Below are positions 28,079 through 40,340 of a DNA stretch of 64,000 bases, piece after piece. The DNA is from Vicugna vicugna (Eukaryota). The position numbers were made by a program, and so were the translations under genes. Each line of letters opens with the position of its first letter. Position 1 is the first letter of the stretch. The stretch lies in the NCBI GenBank assembly GCA_013265495.1, contig MU058844.1, positions 1,308,941 to 1,372,940 of the forward strand. The letters are read 5' to 3'. The notes below the pieces were generated by a model. That model had not been told where the DNA came from and did not search any database. It saw nothing but the letters and a program-made list of their open reading frames with translations.

Positions 28079-28744
28079 TTTGCTTGTTTTAGTGAAAACC
28101 TCCTTTTCATTGGTGATTATATTAAATGGGGAAGAGTATTGAGAATGCTTAAGATGTTATGGTGCAAGGTTAATGCATTTATTTCATCTTCTGGGTTTTT
28201 GTAGTTTTTACTGGAGTGTTTTGGAAGAAGGGGGAGCACTGGAGTTGACGCGAGTTGTCCCATGTTAATAAAGGGCTGTTTGTTTCAACTCTGTTCATCC
28301 TGTGATTGATTTATGGGGTGGAGATGATTTTTGTTTATTCGTATGGCTACCAAATATAACAGTATTACAACACCCATTGGACAGGTGGTTGTGCAGATGG
28401 AATGAGCCGGAAATGAGAAAGTACTTTTTGGACAGTATGATTTTGTACAAACACAGTGTTACTAAGGTATTGTCATATGCTCCACATTCTTCACTGGTTG
28501 AATTTTTCAACTGGTCCTTTTGTAAGCATGGAGGCACCACTTCATCTGAGTGAGGAATAGAATGACCACATCAGGTATACATTTCTGACAGTTTCTCTTG
28601 TCTCACGTCTCCTCTTGAGCTTAAATTAGCATGTTGTTCAGTTGACTTCCTTTGTGTTTTTCTTCCGAGTAAGAACAGCACAAAGTCAAAACAGTTTAGA
28701 GTAAAAAGCAAAACACTAACAAATCCCCAAAGATGGATCCATTT

Positions 28745-29200
28745 AGTGCAGTGGTTTCAGTGTGTGCTTCCTGCCAGCAATAGCTGCACTCAGAGTGACA
28801 TCATGAGTTTCATGGGCTGGGGACTCCTTGGCCCATCCCTTTATTAATTAATTAATTAGATTAGAATGAATATTTCTAGACTTGCATTGATATAAAGATG
28901 AATATAGTCTAGTTTGAATTCATTTATATATTCACTATTATTATTTGCTTCTGAATTTTAAGAGCGATTAAAACCAAACCATCTTCATGGGCCCTTCAAA
29001 AGGAAGGTGCACCATAGGCACTATGCTTACTGTACCTACTGAGTAAGTTGGTCCTGACGTCACCTAGGAACTTGGAAATGCAAATTCCTTGGCCCTACTC
29101 TGGACTTAGTGAACCAGAACGTGGTTCTGTGTGTGTTTGACAAGCAGTGTATGTTTAGACAAGATTTGCAGGTGATTCTGAGCATTCAACTGCTTTAGTC
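28745..29200. mobile_element. MER5A interrupted by an ORSL-like hAT-Tip100 element (~28787-29056)
   Basis: cagtggtttcagtgtgtg...tcacctaggaacttggaaatgcaaatt...caggtgattctga; the insert ends taggcactatgcttactgtacctactgagtaagttggtcctg. Confidence 0.7.
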
Positions 29201-29489
29201 AGTTCAAAGCTGGAGAGCTTGAACCTTACTCTGTAGAAGCTAAAAGTTCCCCTTATCAACTCCAGATTTTACTGACAGTTTTGCCAAGTAACTTCCACTG
29301 TCACAGGTTTCTTTAGAAGTCAGAATGGGCGGTCATCTTTTGACTATTAGTCAGATTTGGCTTTGTTACATAGAAGATATTTAAAGCCTTGAAAAGCAAC
29401 ATCTTACAAAGGACCCAATCACTCAGACTTTAAGTGGGTTTATACTTGTGAGTTTATAGTGGGAGAGAAAAAGTCATATGCCTTCTAGT

Positions 29490-30070
29490 GACGGTCTACA
29501 TTATCTACATAATGTGATACATGTGTTTTAAAAATCACTGCACTATGCCAAGTCATGCCATAAAAACAACAGGCAATATGAAGTTAGGCACATTGTTGTC
29601 AATAACACACACACAAAAGAGATAGGAACCTAATAAAAAGCAGTAATACCATTTTTCCTATCCAAAATGATTAATAAATGCACACATACTACAAAAATTA
29701 TGGCATTGTATCTTGAAAGGGACATGAAGTTTGCTTGCAGAAGTGAGCATCAGAAGTATTGTAGCTTGTGAGTTATTGTGAAATAGCAGAGAGTTATCTG
29801 AAATAGTAGAGAGAAGGTTGTAACACTAGGTGTTGAATGTAGCTCATGATGTGGTAAAATAACATAACTCGTAGATGTTCGAGGCATGTGTACCTATGCA
29901 TTTTATGTATTCATATGTAGCTTGGTTCATCTGGGTGCAGTTTTCTGCATTCACATAGTGTTTCTCTCATAAAATTGTGCATAAGCAAATGCAAACTTTG
30001 CAATATGCTAAATTGTTCCCTAATGGAACAAATTCATATTCTCAAACAAGCTTTATAGCAGAGCTGACTG
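29490..30070 (-). mobile_element. Tigger8-like TcMar element
   Basis: aaattgttccctaat...ggaacaaattcatattctcaaacaagctttatagcagagctgactg terminus; opposite end taatgtgatacatgtgttttaaaaatcactgcactatg. Confidence 0.65.
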
Positions 30071-30565
30071 TGTGTATAATGTTATAGTTCCACATATAAA
30101 TTCTATATATGTGTTATTTCTCCGTCTGAAAGCTGATCTTTGTATATCCTGTGAGTTCAATGTCACTATTTTATATACAGCATTAAACATGAATGGACGA
30201 GTAAGAGACAGTGTATGTGTATGTATGTCTATTTATGCTAATGTATGATAAATCCTATTAGGAGTAATAGTGCATTGCTCAAATATGATCTAGGAAAATT
30301 AATTTGTATTTCAATCCAAAATATTTCAATTGTGGGTTTGATCGATATCTATATTAATGTTAAGGAATCACTGACAGTTAGCTCTTTTCTTAGTCTTCTG
30401 CACTGGAAAAAAATGCGGGATGAAATCACATTTTTATTTATGATTTAAAATTGAGACATAAGCTTTGTCGATGCACAAAAGTAAATGTTTCTGGGTTCTC
30501 ATGTTGTGATACTAGCCATGGCAGTTTTAATCTTTGCTGCAACAATTGTTTTAAGGAATCAAATA

Positions 30566-31617
30566 CAGCTAGTCTGTGCTTTTCATGGTTCTAATAGACA
30601 CAATTTTCAGTTACCATAGTTTAGTTAAATAACACCAGTCCCCCAACACCATGGTTCAGACTTTAGTTACCATGGTGTTTTAGCTGTGAGTCATTGCATA
30701 AAGTCCAGACTTCACCACTAGCTCTTCAGTCCACAAATCACTATGTAAAAAACAGTTCATAACATGATCAGTAATCATGTCATCTTTTTCCAAGTTTATC
30801 ATTTTGTTGGTTATCACACATCTGTTATTCAATTCTTGTCAAGACAGCAAAGCCTGTAGTTGTGTTGCCCCCTTGTCTCCCAGTGATAAACCCATGTAGG
30901 CACTTCACAAAAACAAATCATCAAAAGAGGGAATTGGCCAACAAAGTGAAAAAGCAGTAAAGAAACAAAAAGTGTTTTGTTCTCTGGAAGTGAATTTTGA
31001 CCTTAATGTAAATAGAGTTATAGGAGAAATTAGCTGATCCTGGGAAGGCTTACGCTGCTGGAGTTGGAGTCTCTAAATATCTAGGGAGAAGGACTCAGTG
31101 AAGCCAAATTATCAACATAAGTGGTGAAAGTGGTTGTAATGAGAAAGATGAAGATGTCCCAGCGGAAGAAACACCAGCAAAAATATTCACAGATATTTCA
31201 TTATGAAAACATTGGAAGCTCACGGAAACTTAGAAAGGTGTGCGAAAATTAGCTGAGACACAGAAACAGTGTCTGTAAGTTATATGACAAGAATAAGACA
31301 AGTACTATTCCAGCTACTCTTGATAAGTTGTTTTTACGAAGAAATAAAACACCTTACTTCTCAATGTTTCTAATGTTTTAGTGTCCTAAATAAATGTTAC
31401 TTTTACTGCTTTTTAAATTTCCTTATACATTTATAACCAACAGTAAGATTAATGTTATGTTAACAGTAACATTAACAGTAATGTTAATGTTTCAACAAAA
31501 GATTTTAAAGGTCACAGTACAATCATAATTTCTCAGTTGATTTTTAAGATAGCATTGCACATTTCAGCTTGCCTGGTTATTGTTACCATCCTGCACTATG
31601 GAGATGAGGATTGCCTA
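30566..31617 (+). mobile_element. Tigger6-like TcMar element, near full length
   Basis: tttcagttaccatagtttagttaaataacaccagtccccc...ctagctcttcagtccacaaatcacta; TA dinucleotides flank both ends (30564-30565, 31618-31619). Confidence 0.8.
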
Positions 31618-33479
31618 TATAACCTATGGAAAATGTGAGTTTACAGTTTTCTCTGGACTATGAACAATAATAATAAATATGCTAAGAATATGTTAATTTT
31701 TTAGAAAACAAGGATGATTTTGTGTTATCTATTGCCAAAAATCTATCCAGAATTACTGGTCTCATTTACATATAATTACTTGCTTAAACAATATCTGTGA
31801 TACTCATTACAAATGAATTCTGATCCCATTTGAAGTCCTCTAAGACAATCAGTTATTTTGGTGGAACAGAGCAGGAGAGAGCAAGTGAGTAGGGAAAGAT
31901 GTCCAGTTATTAAATTCTGTCCCATCAGCTGTGTGAAGTCTTGGAGCCAAGCTAATGAATGTACACTGAATTTTAGGTTAAAAGGATTTAGTTCAAATAA
32001 ATATTTTAGTAACATGTTCTACAATTTATAGATTATTCTTACCACTTATGAGGAATAATGTCTGATGTAAATAAGAGAGATGTTTCTAACATCTCCTTTC
32101 CAACAGAATGCTATATCATAATTACAAAAGAGAAAAAGAATTAAGGATACTGATTCCTTATGGATGTTTTGTAAATAATTACTGATCTACCTTGGGCTGA
32201 ACTTGTTTCAAGAAAAGTACTACCAATTGGTGCTTTAAGCATCATCTTTTTAATAATTACTTTCTTTGCCTATATGTATAATTTAGAGGTCTAGTGTTTC
32301 CCTTTAATCAGATGACCAGCCTCATCTTTAATCAGTTGCATAAGTAGGATTTACAGATAGGTTATTAATTAGATTTACACATGACTGCCATCCTCTGTAT
32401 TTCACATTGAACGCTAGGCACTGGCTTTTACTTGGAAGTCAAGTTCACTTAGGAAATAATACCTTTGGAGTATAACTTCTATTCCTCCCACCAAAATTTA
32501 CTGTTAGTATGTGATTCAACATGTTTTACTACATTTAGACTGTAAGAATTTCTTTTTAATGTTATTTACTGCAAGTAAATATTTGTGTTCTCCACATTTG
32601 TGCCTACATTTACACAACTAAGTAATCTGGAGAAATGAAAAATATTTCATTCATAAATCAGTTATTTACTGTGTACTAAACTCAAAAATCAGTTTGATTC
32701 CTGCTTCCCCATTTTTTCTTCTTACAAAATTACAGCAATTTTTACTGAAATGATTGGATTACCACCTGTTTTAACATTGTGTAGATACTCCTTCAGCCAA
32801 CATTAGGCCAAATGTTATTTTTAAAAAAAGCCTTAAAACTCAGACAAATTATTCAAAGATTTCTAAACTGACAGATTTTCATAGTGTGAATGATTGAAAT
32901 TTGTTGGGATTCCAGAAAAACTAAAACCATCTCAATGAAAGTAATGCATGATTTGAATAATTTGTAAGGCAACTGGCAATTCTGCAATATGTTTGCTTTA
33001 GCAGAAGCAATTAAATGTAAAATAACAAAAATAGAGAATTGTACACAAGAGTATGGAAAGAATAGATTGAAGAAAAATAGAAGTGGAGTATATATTAAAT
33101 TATACTCCTGTTTGTTTATGTTTCTGTAATATCTTCATCAGAGGTGATTAACACAGAATTTTTAGACTGTTTCATATATAACATGTACCTGTGTATACTC
33201 TCTCATTTTCTGTGTTCAGAAATCTAACTCTGATGTTGAAGAACCAGAAGGAAATGATGACATAACTATTTAAAGCAGCATGCTTAGGTCCTGTCAGAAA
33301 ATATTCGATGCTAGTGCTTATAATCAGCCTGCCTGTCTTGTGTGGGGCCATTTTGATACCAGCAGAATGTTTAGTGCCAAACTGTAATGTGAGCCTGATA
33401 GTTGAACAAGCCAAGTGGCTGCTTCCTCTTAAGTTGTGAGATGTGGAACACTGCTCCACAAGGGACGGAAAGGAAATGG

Positions 33480-34095
33480 CATTCCCCCAAGTATCTCCAG
33501 TGTGCCAGATACTCTGCCACTCACAGCCTGTATGTTATTTAAGATCTCACCCCAACCTTATGCAATATGTCTGCTGTATTCATTGCATAGATGACGAAAC
33601 TAAGACTCAAACAGGCTACCTAATAAATAAATCTTCCAAACGGAGAGTTAAATAAAAAAAGCAAGTTACAGAGGATATCCACAGGATAAATTAATTTTTA
33701 TGTACTTTTTTCAAAATATACCAAACAATACACATATTGCCTAGATATAAATACACACATAGTACACCTTTAAGGATACAGGCAGGAATGATAAAACAAC
33801 AAATTTAAAATGGTTCTTTTCTGGTGAGGAAAATGGGGTCAGACAGAGTACACAGATGGACTTTCACTTCATTTCCATGTTTTATTTTTAAGTTGAGAAT
33901 TGATCATATTGGTGATTGTTGTATCATTCCTTACACACTTTTTTTTGGCTAAAATACATTATAAGGATTTTAAAAGTAAAAGAGAGGTTCAGTAATTTGT
34001 GGAAAGTCACACAGCTAATAAAAAAGAGGCAGAACTGGATTTGGCCCCAAGTCTAATGACCCTAGAGACTGCACACTCTGCTCTACCATGTGCTT
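33480..34095 (-). mobile_element. MIR SINE split by a + strand L1ME-type 3' fragment (~33630-33980)
   Basis: gtgccagatactctg...atagatgacgaaactaagactca, then agagaggttcagtaatttgtggaaagtcacacagctaata. Confidence 0.7.
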
Positions 34096-34684
34096 TGCAT
34101 CACCTAAGCAATGCTGAAACCTTCATGGGGAAACACAGTTTGTCTTTGGAATGAGGAAATGATGGGGAATCTTCCCATGACTATGTGCCATTGAATAATG
34201 GATTAGAGAGCAGGAAAACAAGTGGGCTTGTGTTTTATGGTGAAGAAACCCATGCCACTTAGAAGGATAAAAGAAGATCACTGGAGTCCCTCTCCTTGCT
34301 TCTGTTGCTGCTGCTGCTACATTCAGGTTCCCCTAGACAATGGAATAAGATGTTATTTAAAAAAAAAAAAGCTAGCTTATTAACCACTTCAATATAGTAA
34401 TAAAGCTGAGCAAATAAGTTGTAAAATTCCATCACAGTTGGAATTCTTCTTAGGGATAATTTCTAGCAATAACTGGATGCTAGCTGCAAAATTAATTTGT
34501 GATGCACTTTTAAAGTGCTGCTATATTAAAGTTCTTAAAATTGACTTCACAGAATGTTCCTCTTCTGCACATTCCTCCCTCCCAAACACTTGTATAGTTC
34601 ACGGAGAACTAGGATTGGAATTGAACATGGGAAGCATATATCTTTACATATTTTACTCTACACTATGGATTTATTATTTCTGAC

Positions 34685-34768
34685 TCAACTGATAAGTATA
34701 TTCCTAGCACCTAGCATAGATCCTGGTACTTGGTGGGCAGTCAAAAAATATTTGTTGAATTGAATGTG
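34685..34768 (+). mobile_element. L2 3' terminus
   Basis: tattcctagcacctagcatagatcctggtacttggtgggcagtcaaaaaatatttgttgaattgaatg. Confidence 0.8.
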
Positions 34769-34809
34769 AGAAATATTATCTGTCATTTGCATTATTTATT
34801 TTTATAAGG

Positions 34810-35092
34810 GAAGCAGTGGGGTAGATTAAGTCTCAGCAAGGAGTCAGCTGTTGGGCAGGAGGTCAGTGGAATCATTCTACCTCTCTGGAATCCTTGCTCC
34901 CTACTTATGGTGCTTTGGGCAAACTGCTTAACCCTTCTAAATCTCAGTTTCAGCTTCAGAAAAACTGGGATAATATTAGTGAGGAAAGTTTGTTGTGAGA
35001 ATTAAATGAGATACTGCCTCTAACGTGTTAGAACAGTGCTAGGTTCAATAACTAGCACTATAGTAAGTACTCATAAATGTTAGCTGTTATTG
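34810..35092 (+). mobile_element. MIR SINE
   Basis: ctttgggcaaactgcttaacccttctaaatctcagtttc...tgtgagaattaaatgaga...taagtactcataaatgttagctgttatt. Confidence 0.85.
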
Positions 35093-35619
35093 AGATCACT
35101 TTTGGTTCCCGCTCTGTAACCTTTGTTTTTATGAGAGAGATAGACAGTGTTTCTATCTCTTAGCTCTCAAATAGGGTTGTTTTTTTTTTTTTAAGATGCC
35201 TTATGGAGCTACCCATCTTTTTTTTTTCCCTTATCAGAATTTTTATTTCTTAACAGCAAAGTTACCACTCAACTACTACTGCAAAAGAAAAATGACTTTA
35301 ATCTCAAAGACAACATTAAAAATAAAAAAAAAAAGGAAAATAAATCAATAAAGGCAAAGGTCATAGAAACAGACAATTCAAACATACAACAATGTGCCTG
35401 AGCATTGGGGTTATATACACAGGTTTAAAAAAGAAATACGCAGATAAGTGGGATATCAGATATCTGGAAGAAAAATTACGACTTGGACACCAGTATCCAA
35501 TTTTACATGTCAAACTTTTTAAAGAAGACATGTAACTGAAAAGCCTTAAAATGAAGGATTATGTCCAAAGATTTCATTTTCTAGCAACGTGTTTTCCTCT
35601 GCATAGGAGCCAGATTAAA

Positions 35620-35682
35620 TACGCTCATGCACAAACACGCATACACACTCACAGTCAAACACATGCGCACGCACGCATACAC
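35620..35682. repeat. Degenerate (CA/CG)n purine-pyrimidine tract
   Basis: acacgcatacacac...acacatgcgcacgcacgcatacac. Confidence 0.7.
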
Positions 35683-35989
35683 TGCCCTGAATCAGTACAT
35701 TCTCCACCATGGAGAAATGGAGAATGTAGAGGTTGCTTTAAGAAAAAATAACGGGATAGCAAGGCTGAGGGTAGGGTAAGCTTGTTATTTCTTACTGTTC
35801 CTGTTCATTATCAGATATGGCCAATGTCAAGTATTTGTTTTAATCATCTTTGAGATTTTTTAAATGATTGTTTTATATACAGGAAAGAGTTACAGAAATT
35901 TATTACTTAGGGCAGCAGCTTTGAAACGTTATTTTTAGCATGGTCCTCAATAAGGAGTGTATTTCACTACAACACAAGGATTCTATTTT

Positions 35990-36078
35990 ATTTCATTTTT
36001 TAAGTGCTAGTTGTGACCCGCTAAGTTTATTTTCACAATCCACTAGTGGGGTCACAATGCACTGTTTGGAAAACACTG
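35990..36078. mobile_element. hAT-Charlie-type terminus fragment
   Basis: ttgtgacccgctaagtttattttcacaatccactagtggggtcacaa...tttggaaaacactg, with an internal ttgtgaccc/gggtcacaa inverted repeat. Confidence 0.6.
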
Positions 36079-38209
36079 TCTTCGGGTGTTCTGTTCAGAC
36101 TTTCTCACTGAAGTGCCTTCAGTACCAGGGGAAAGGGAAAGTTTTGGGGTGGGATTGGGAGAGAAGGTTGAAAGAAAGAATATGAGGGTCTTGTCCAAGT
36201 ACAAAATTTATTTGAAGTTTATTTCACCTTTAAGATGTATCCAACTTGGGCACAGACACCAAACAAGACCAGTAGTTTTCTCTGAAAGGTTTTAAATCTC
36301 CCAGTATAATAAGACAGATGCTCTGCGGATATGTGCTGTGTTACCCTGGAGCTGCTGCTCCTGCTAAGGTTATGCACATGTTGCAGTCCGCCAAGCAGGC
36401 TGTCTTGGATGATAAATTTACCCCCAGATAGATAGTACGTGAATTTACCACAGGCTCAGGACCTTTTGACTGCCTGATAACCATTCAGCACAGGTCATGT
36501 GGATGATCTCACCGAGAAGATAAGGACAAGATGAGGACATCCCCCTTTAGTCAGCGGACACATGTCTAAGTAGGAGCCCTTTGCCTTTCTCTAGCACTTC
36601 TGGGCCCGATGGCTGGGAAGGTGAGAGCCTAACTGGGTGACTCAGTCCCTCATTAGCCCACAGCACACATGGAGAGCCTCCAGGCAGCCGCCGGGGCAGG
36701 AAGGGCACAGGCAGTGCTACCAAGGTCACCCTGCGGTGGGCTGAGAAAAGCTGATCATGATGAGCCAGATGATGGATGTGGAGCCATGGAATCAATCATT
36801 CTGAAGGGAGAACATGCTAATTCTTCTTTGTCTATGCAATTGGTTTGACAGCAGCTTGACATCATCCTTGCCCTGAATCAGCCATCGCCAAGATCACAGT
36901 GGGCCAGAAGGAAAATGGAGAAAAAAAGTAAATAAACCATGGGAGAGCCTTGGGCATTTTTTAAGCATTTCCTTTTCTTAGTTGACATCAAAGGATCCCA
37001 GGGGCTGTGAAGGATCCAATGATGAGGTGAAATGATGTGGGTACCATGTTTTCTCAAAGAGAAACTTTCTGAGCTCGAACTTTTCCTTTGTGGAATGATA
37101 CTCAGAAATTCGGTTTTAGGTATATACATAAATTGAAAACAAACAAACCTCAGTAAAAACCCAAAAAAGATCTCTTTGACTAAACTATAGCTATAGATGG
37201 TTATAGATACAGATATAGATTGATATTAGCCATGGGGCTTACGCAAAACCTTGTTTCTTAAACCCAAATTGGGAGATTGCTGCAATAAACCATTTAAGTG
37301 TGAGAATAAACTTTGTCTTTTTTTCTTCTACTATGCTGGCTATTATTTCCAACCATAAACCAGGTCCTATAACTAAGGTAGATTTCAGCAGAATGCCTTA
37401 ATGTAGTAATAAAAAGGGCCCTGCAATTTAAAAAGCCAAGCCTCTTCTATTTAAAAGTACAAAAGGTTTTATTTCTTTCATCATTAAAAGAATAAAGTAC
37501 ATATGTGGAAATCTGGACTTTCGGGAACTTGAACACTCTGTTTCTCTAGCTGAAGACATAGTAATGAATTCCAAGTTGAAGGAATTATTTTAAGCAGAAG
37601 TAGCCACTGTAATAATATTTAATTACTTTCCAGAAAAAAAAATGGTTCAGTTGGCTGCAGAATTTGGACATGAAGTTATAAAATATAGGACTTGAATCTT
37701 GTTGCCTTCTGGGACATTTCTGACTGCCAGACATGTTAAAATCTTGGATTCAAAATATATAACTGAAAATGTTTCATCAGAGGATTTCTTTTAATATATA
37801 AAATTAAGAAGCCAAATCAATAGCAAAACTACCTGGTTAAAGGATTTAAAAGATTATTAGATGACATGTAGGTATGCTGTTGGATGACCTTTGAAATATA
37901 AGTTAGATGACATGAAAATACTGAAGCCTATAAAATGCAAGGGTTTTTTTTCAGGCAACATGCATACAAGTATGGAAAGGAAAGGACATCATTTTTGCCT
38001 TTTTATCCCAACTCCCTTCCAATACAGACGCTCCCCTCTGACTAGAAAGCCTGACAGCCATTACCAGCCACCTGCTAACATTTTTAATATCTAGAAAGTA
38101 ACTGAAACCTGTACAGATTGCTGATGTGTGGTAAAGTCAGATTTGAAACAGATAATCAAGGACGTTAGCATGCCCTAGATATCACCATGCTAATTAAAAA
38201 AAAAGTATG

Positions 38210-38665
38210 TGCTTTTTACTTTTATATCTCATTTTTTGATATATTCACTCATTTTATCCCCACAATTATGTGAAGCAAGAAATATCATTCCCATATTTTA
38301 AGTGGAGAAATTGAGACACAGAGTCATGCTGTTCTCCAGGCTGGATGATATCCCCTTTTATAAATTTTCATATCACCTGAATATCTCCTTTACAACACTT
38401 AAAAGAGTCATAATTAAGTAATAATGTTTGTCCCACTGCCTGGACCGTGAATTTCCTGAAAGCAGGGAGCTGTCCTCCTTGTTTTATCACTAAACTTCAA
38501 GCACCTAACTAAATTCCTGGCACAGAAGGTACTCAAAATAGATGTGACCATTGAATGAATATATGAGTAACATTTCCCCAAGTCCCATAGGAAATAAAGG
38601 GCAGAACCAACATTTGAACCTCTGTCTCCTACCTGGAATCCCTTGTTCCTTTCACTCTACCAGTA
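38210..38665 (-). mobile_element. MIR SINE with a + strand L2 3' end inserted (~38345-38565)
   Basis: ctcattttatccccacaa...ggagaaattgagacacagag, L2 tail cctggcacagaaggtactcaaaa...tgaatgaat, then tttccccaagtcccatagg. Confidence 0.7.
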
Positions 38666-39609
38666 CAAGGGCAAGAATGTTGTGTCTTCATAACAGCCTT
38701 TCAAGCCTCAGAAGCTAGAGCTCTGGATAACTAAATAAAAGCCAGACTGCTGGGGAAGATACAGTTGAACAGAATAATCTTATGCTAAGTAATTGGAGAT
38801 CTCAAACCATCCTTCCAGATTTTTTGGCCCCTGGGTTTGGGGCTCGCCATCCTCTGCATAGGGGAGGTCATCCAAAGCCTTAACAAAAGGATTTTCTTCA
38901 CTGTCATTTTATGAAGTGACAAATAAATATTTGAATTTTTCTCAAAATGTGTTCTGAGGATGATCTTGTTCAGAAACATGTTTGTGACTTCTTAAATATG
39001 TTTTTCTGAGTCATCCCAAACCAATGGAGAAAGATTTCTCTCAGGCTAGGAATCTACATTTTTAATGAGTTCCCCAGGTGTTCCCTTGCACACAAACGTT
39101 TCAGCCAACAGCTTCAGGGAGAAGCCAAGCTGTCCTCACAGGAGTGCGGGACTAGCGGCCCAGCTGCCCAATTCATGGAAGGTTAGATTGGCTGAAGATT
39201 CCAGCCAGTGCAATTGGAATTCATCCTGGAGAAAGCAGAACTGAAGAGATTGTCCCCCTGCCTTTGCCTTTTTGACAAAGTTAATTCAGTTTGGGGGAAA
39301 ATCCAGTTTACATGAATGAACCAGGAGAAAGAAGGCCGACTGCCTTCTCTGTTGTGTCTTCACAGATCTAACTAGCCCCCATTCATCCATCACCTCTTCC
39401 TCTCATTCCTGTAGGATTTACTACTGGTACCCCAGGATCACTTCTGATTGCGTGTCGTCTCTCGTTGCTGTTATTTTAGGTGTATTTCCAGTCACATTGA
39501 AACACTATGTCTTTCTTTTCTTTGTCTTCCACAGGTGTGATACTAAACATAAAATATATAGGCAAGAAAATCTTGATGATTATTACTCAGATAATGAAGT
39601 ATACTGTCT

Positions 39610-39862
39610 CAAAGACATATGGTTAAAAGAGGCATATTTAAGAATCTGAACTCTAGATTTACACCAAGGTTCAGATCCCACCCTTCCTCCTTAGAACTCT
39701 GTACTCTATACCAGGTTGATAGATGTATTTATTTAGTTTCCTCATCTGTAAAGATGAGGTCATCATAATATTTAGCTCAGAGGGTTGTCAAGAGGACTAA
39801 ACAAAATACACTATGCAAAGCACACACCTAAAATTTAATGAGTTTAATTCATGCTAGATTTT
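39610..39862 (+). mobile_element. MIR SINE
   Basis: ggttcagatccc...agtttcctcatctgtaaagatgagg...cagagggttgtcaagaggactaaa. Confidence 0.8.
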
Positions 39863-39949
39863 TATTAATTATTGTTAATATTTTAAAATTACTATTCTAA
39901 GGAATTTTAAATTATTAAGATATTTAAATTGTTGTTATCATCATATAGC

Positions 39950-40135
39950 TTAATGCTAGAGAGTACATATTCTAGCTGCCTGAGTGGACTCCCAGTTCTC
40001 TGTGACTTGAGCAATTACTCACTCTTTCCTTATTATTCCTATCTGAAAACCAGAGATAATAATAGTACCTACTTTATGGCATTGTGAGGGTTACATCAGT
40101 ATAAGTGTAGCACTTAGAACAGTGTTGCCATATGG
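39950..40135 (+). mobile_element. MIR SINE
   Basis: ctgtgacttgagcaattactca...ataataatagtacctac...gcacttagaacagtg. Confidence 0.8.
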
Positions 40136-40139
40136 TGAT

Positions 40140-40340
40140 AGTACCACTAACCTCCTACTCCCACCACCACCAGCACCGCTAACAGTACTACTAGTACCAC
40201 TACTACTGCTACCACTACCATCACTACTACAGTTACCACCACCACTCCTACTGCTACTACTACCACTACGACCACCATTACTGATACTACTACCACTACT
40301 ACTACTAACATTACTATCACTTCTACTGCTACTACTATTA
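40140..40340. repeat. Degenerate (CTA/CCA)n trinucleotide repeat
   Basis: About 200 bp of ctactaccacta units; explains the Leu/Pro ORF at 40122-40343. Confidence 0.9.

Noticed and set aside
36484..36500. REST/RE1-like ttcagcac
   Set aside because: Only the left half-site is present; no GGACAG half at the right spacing.
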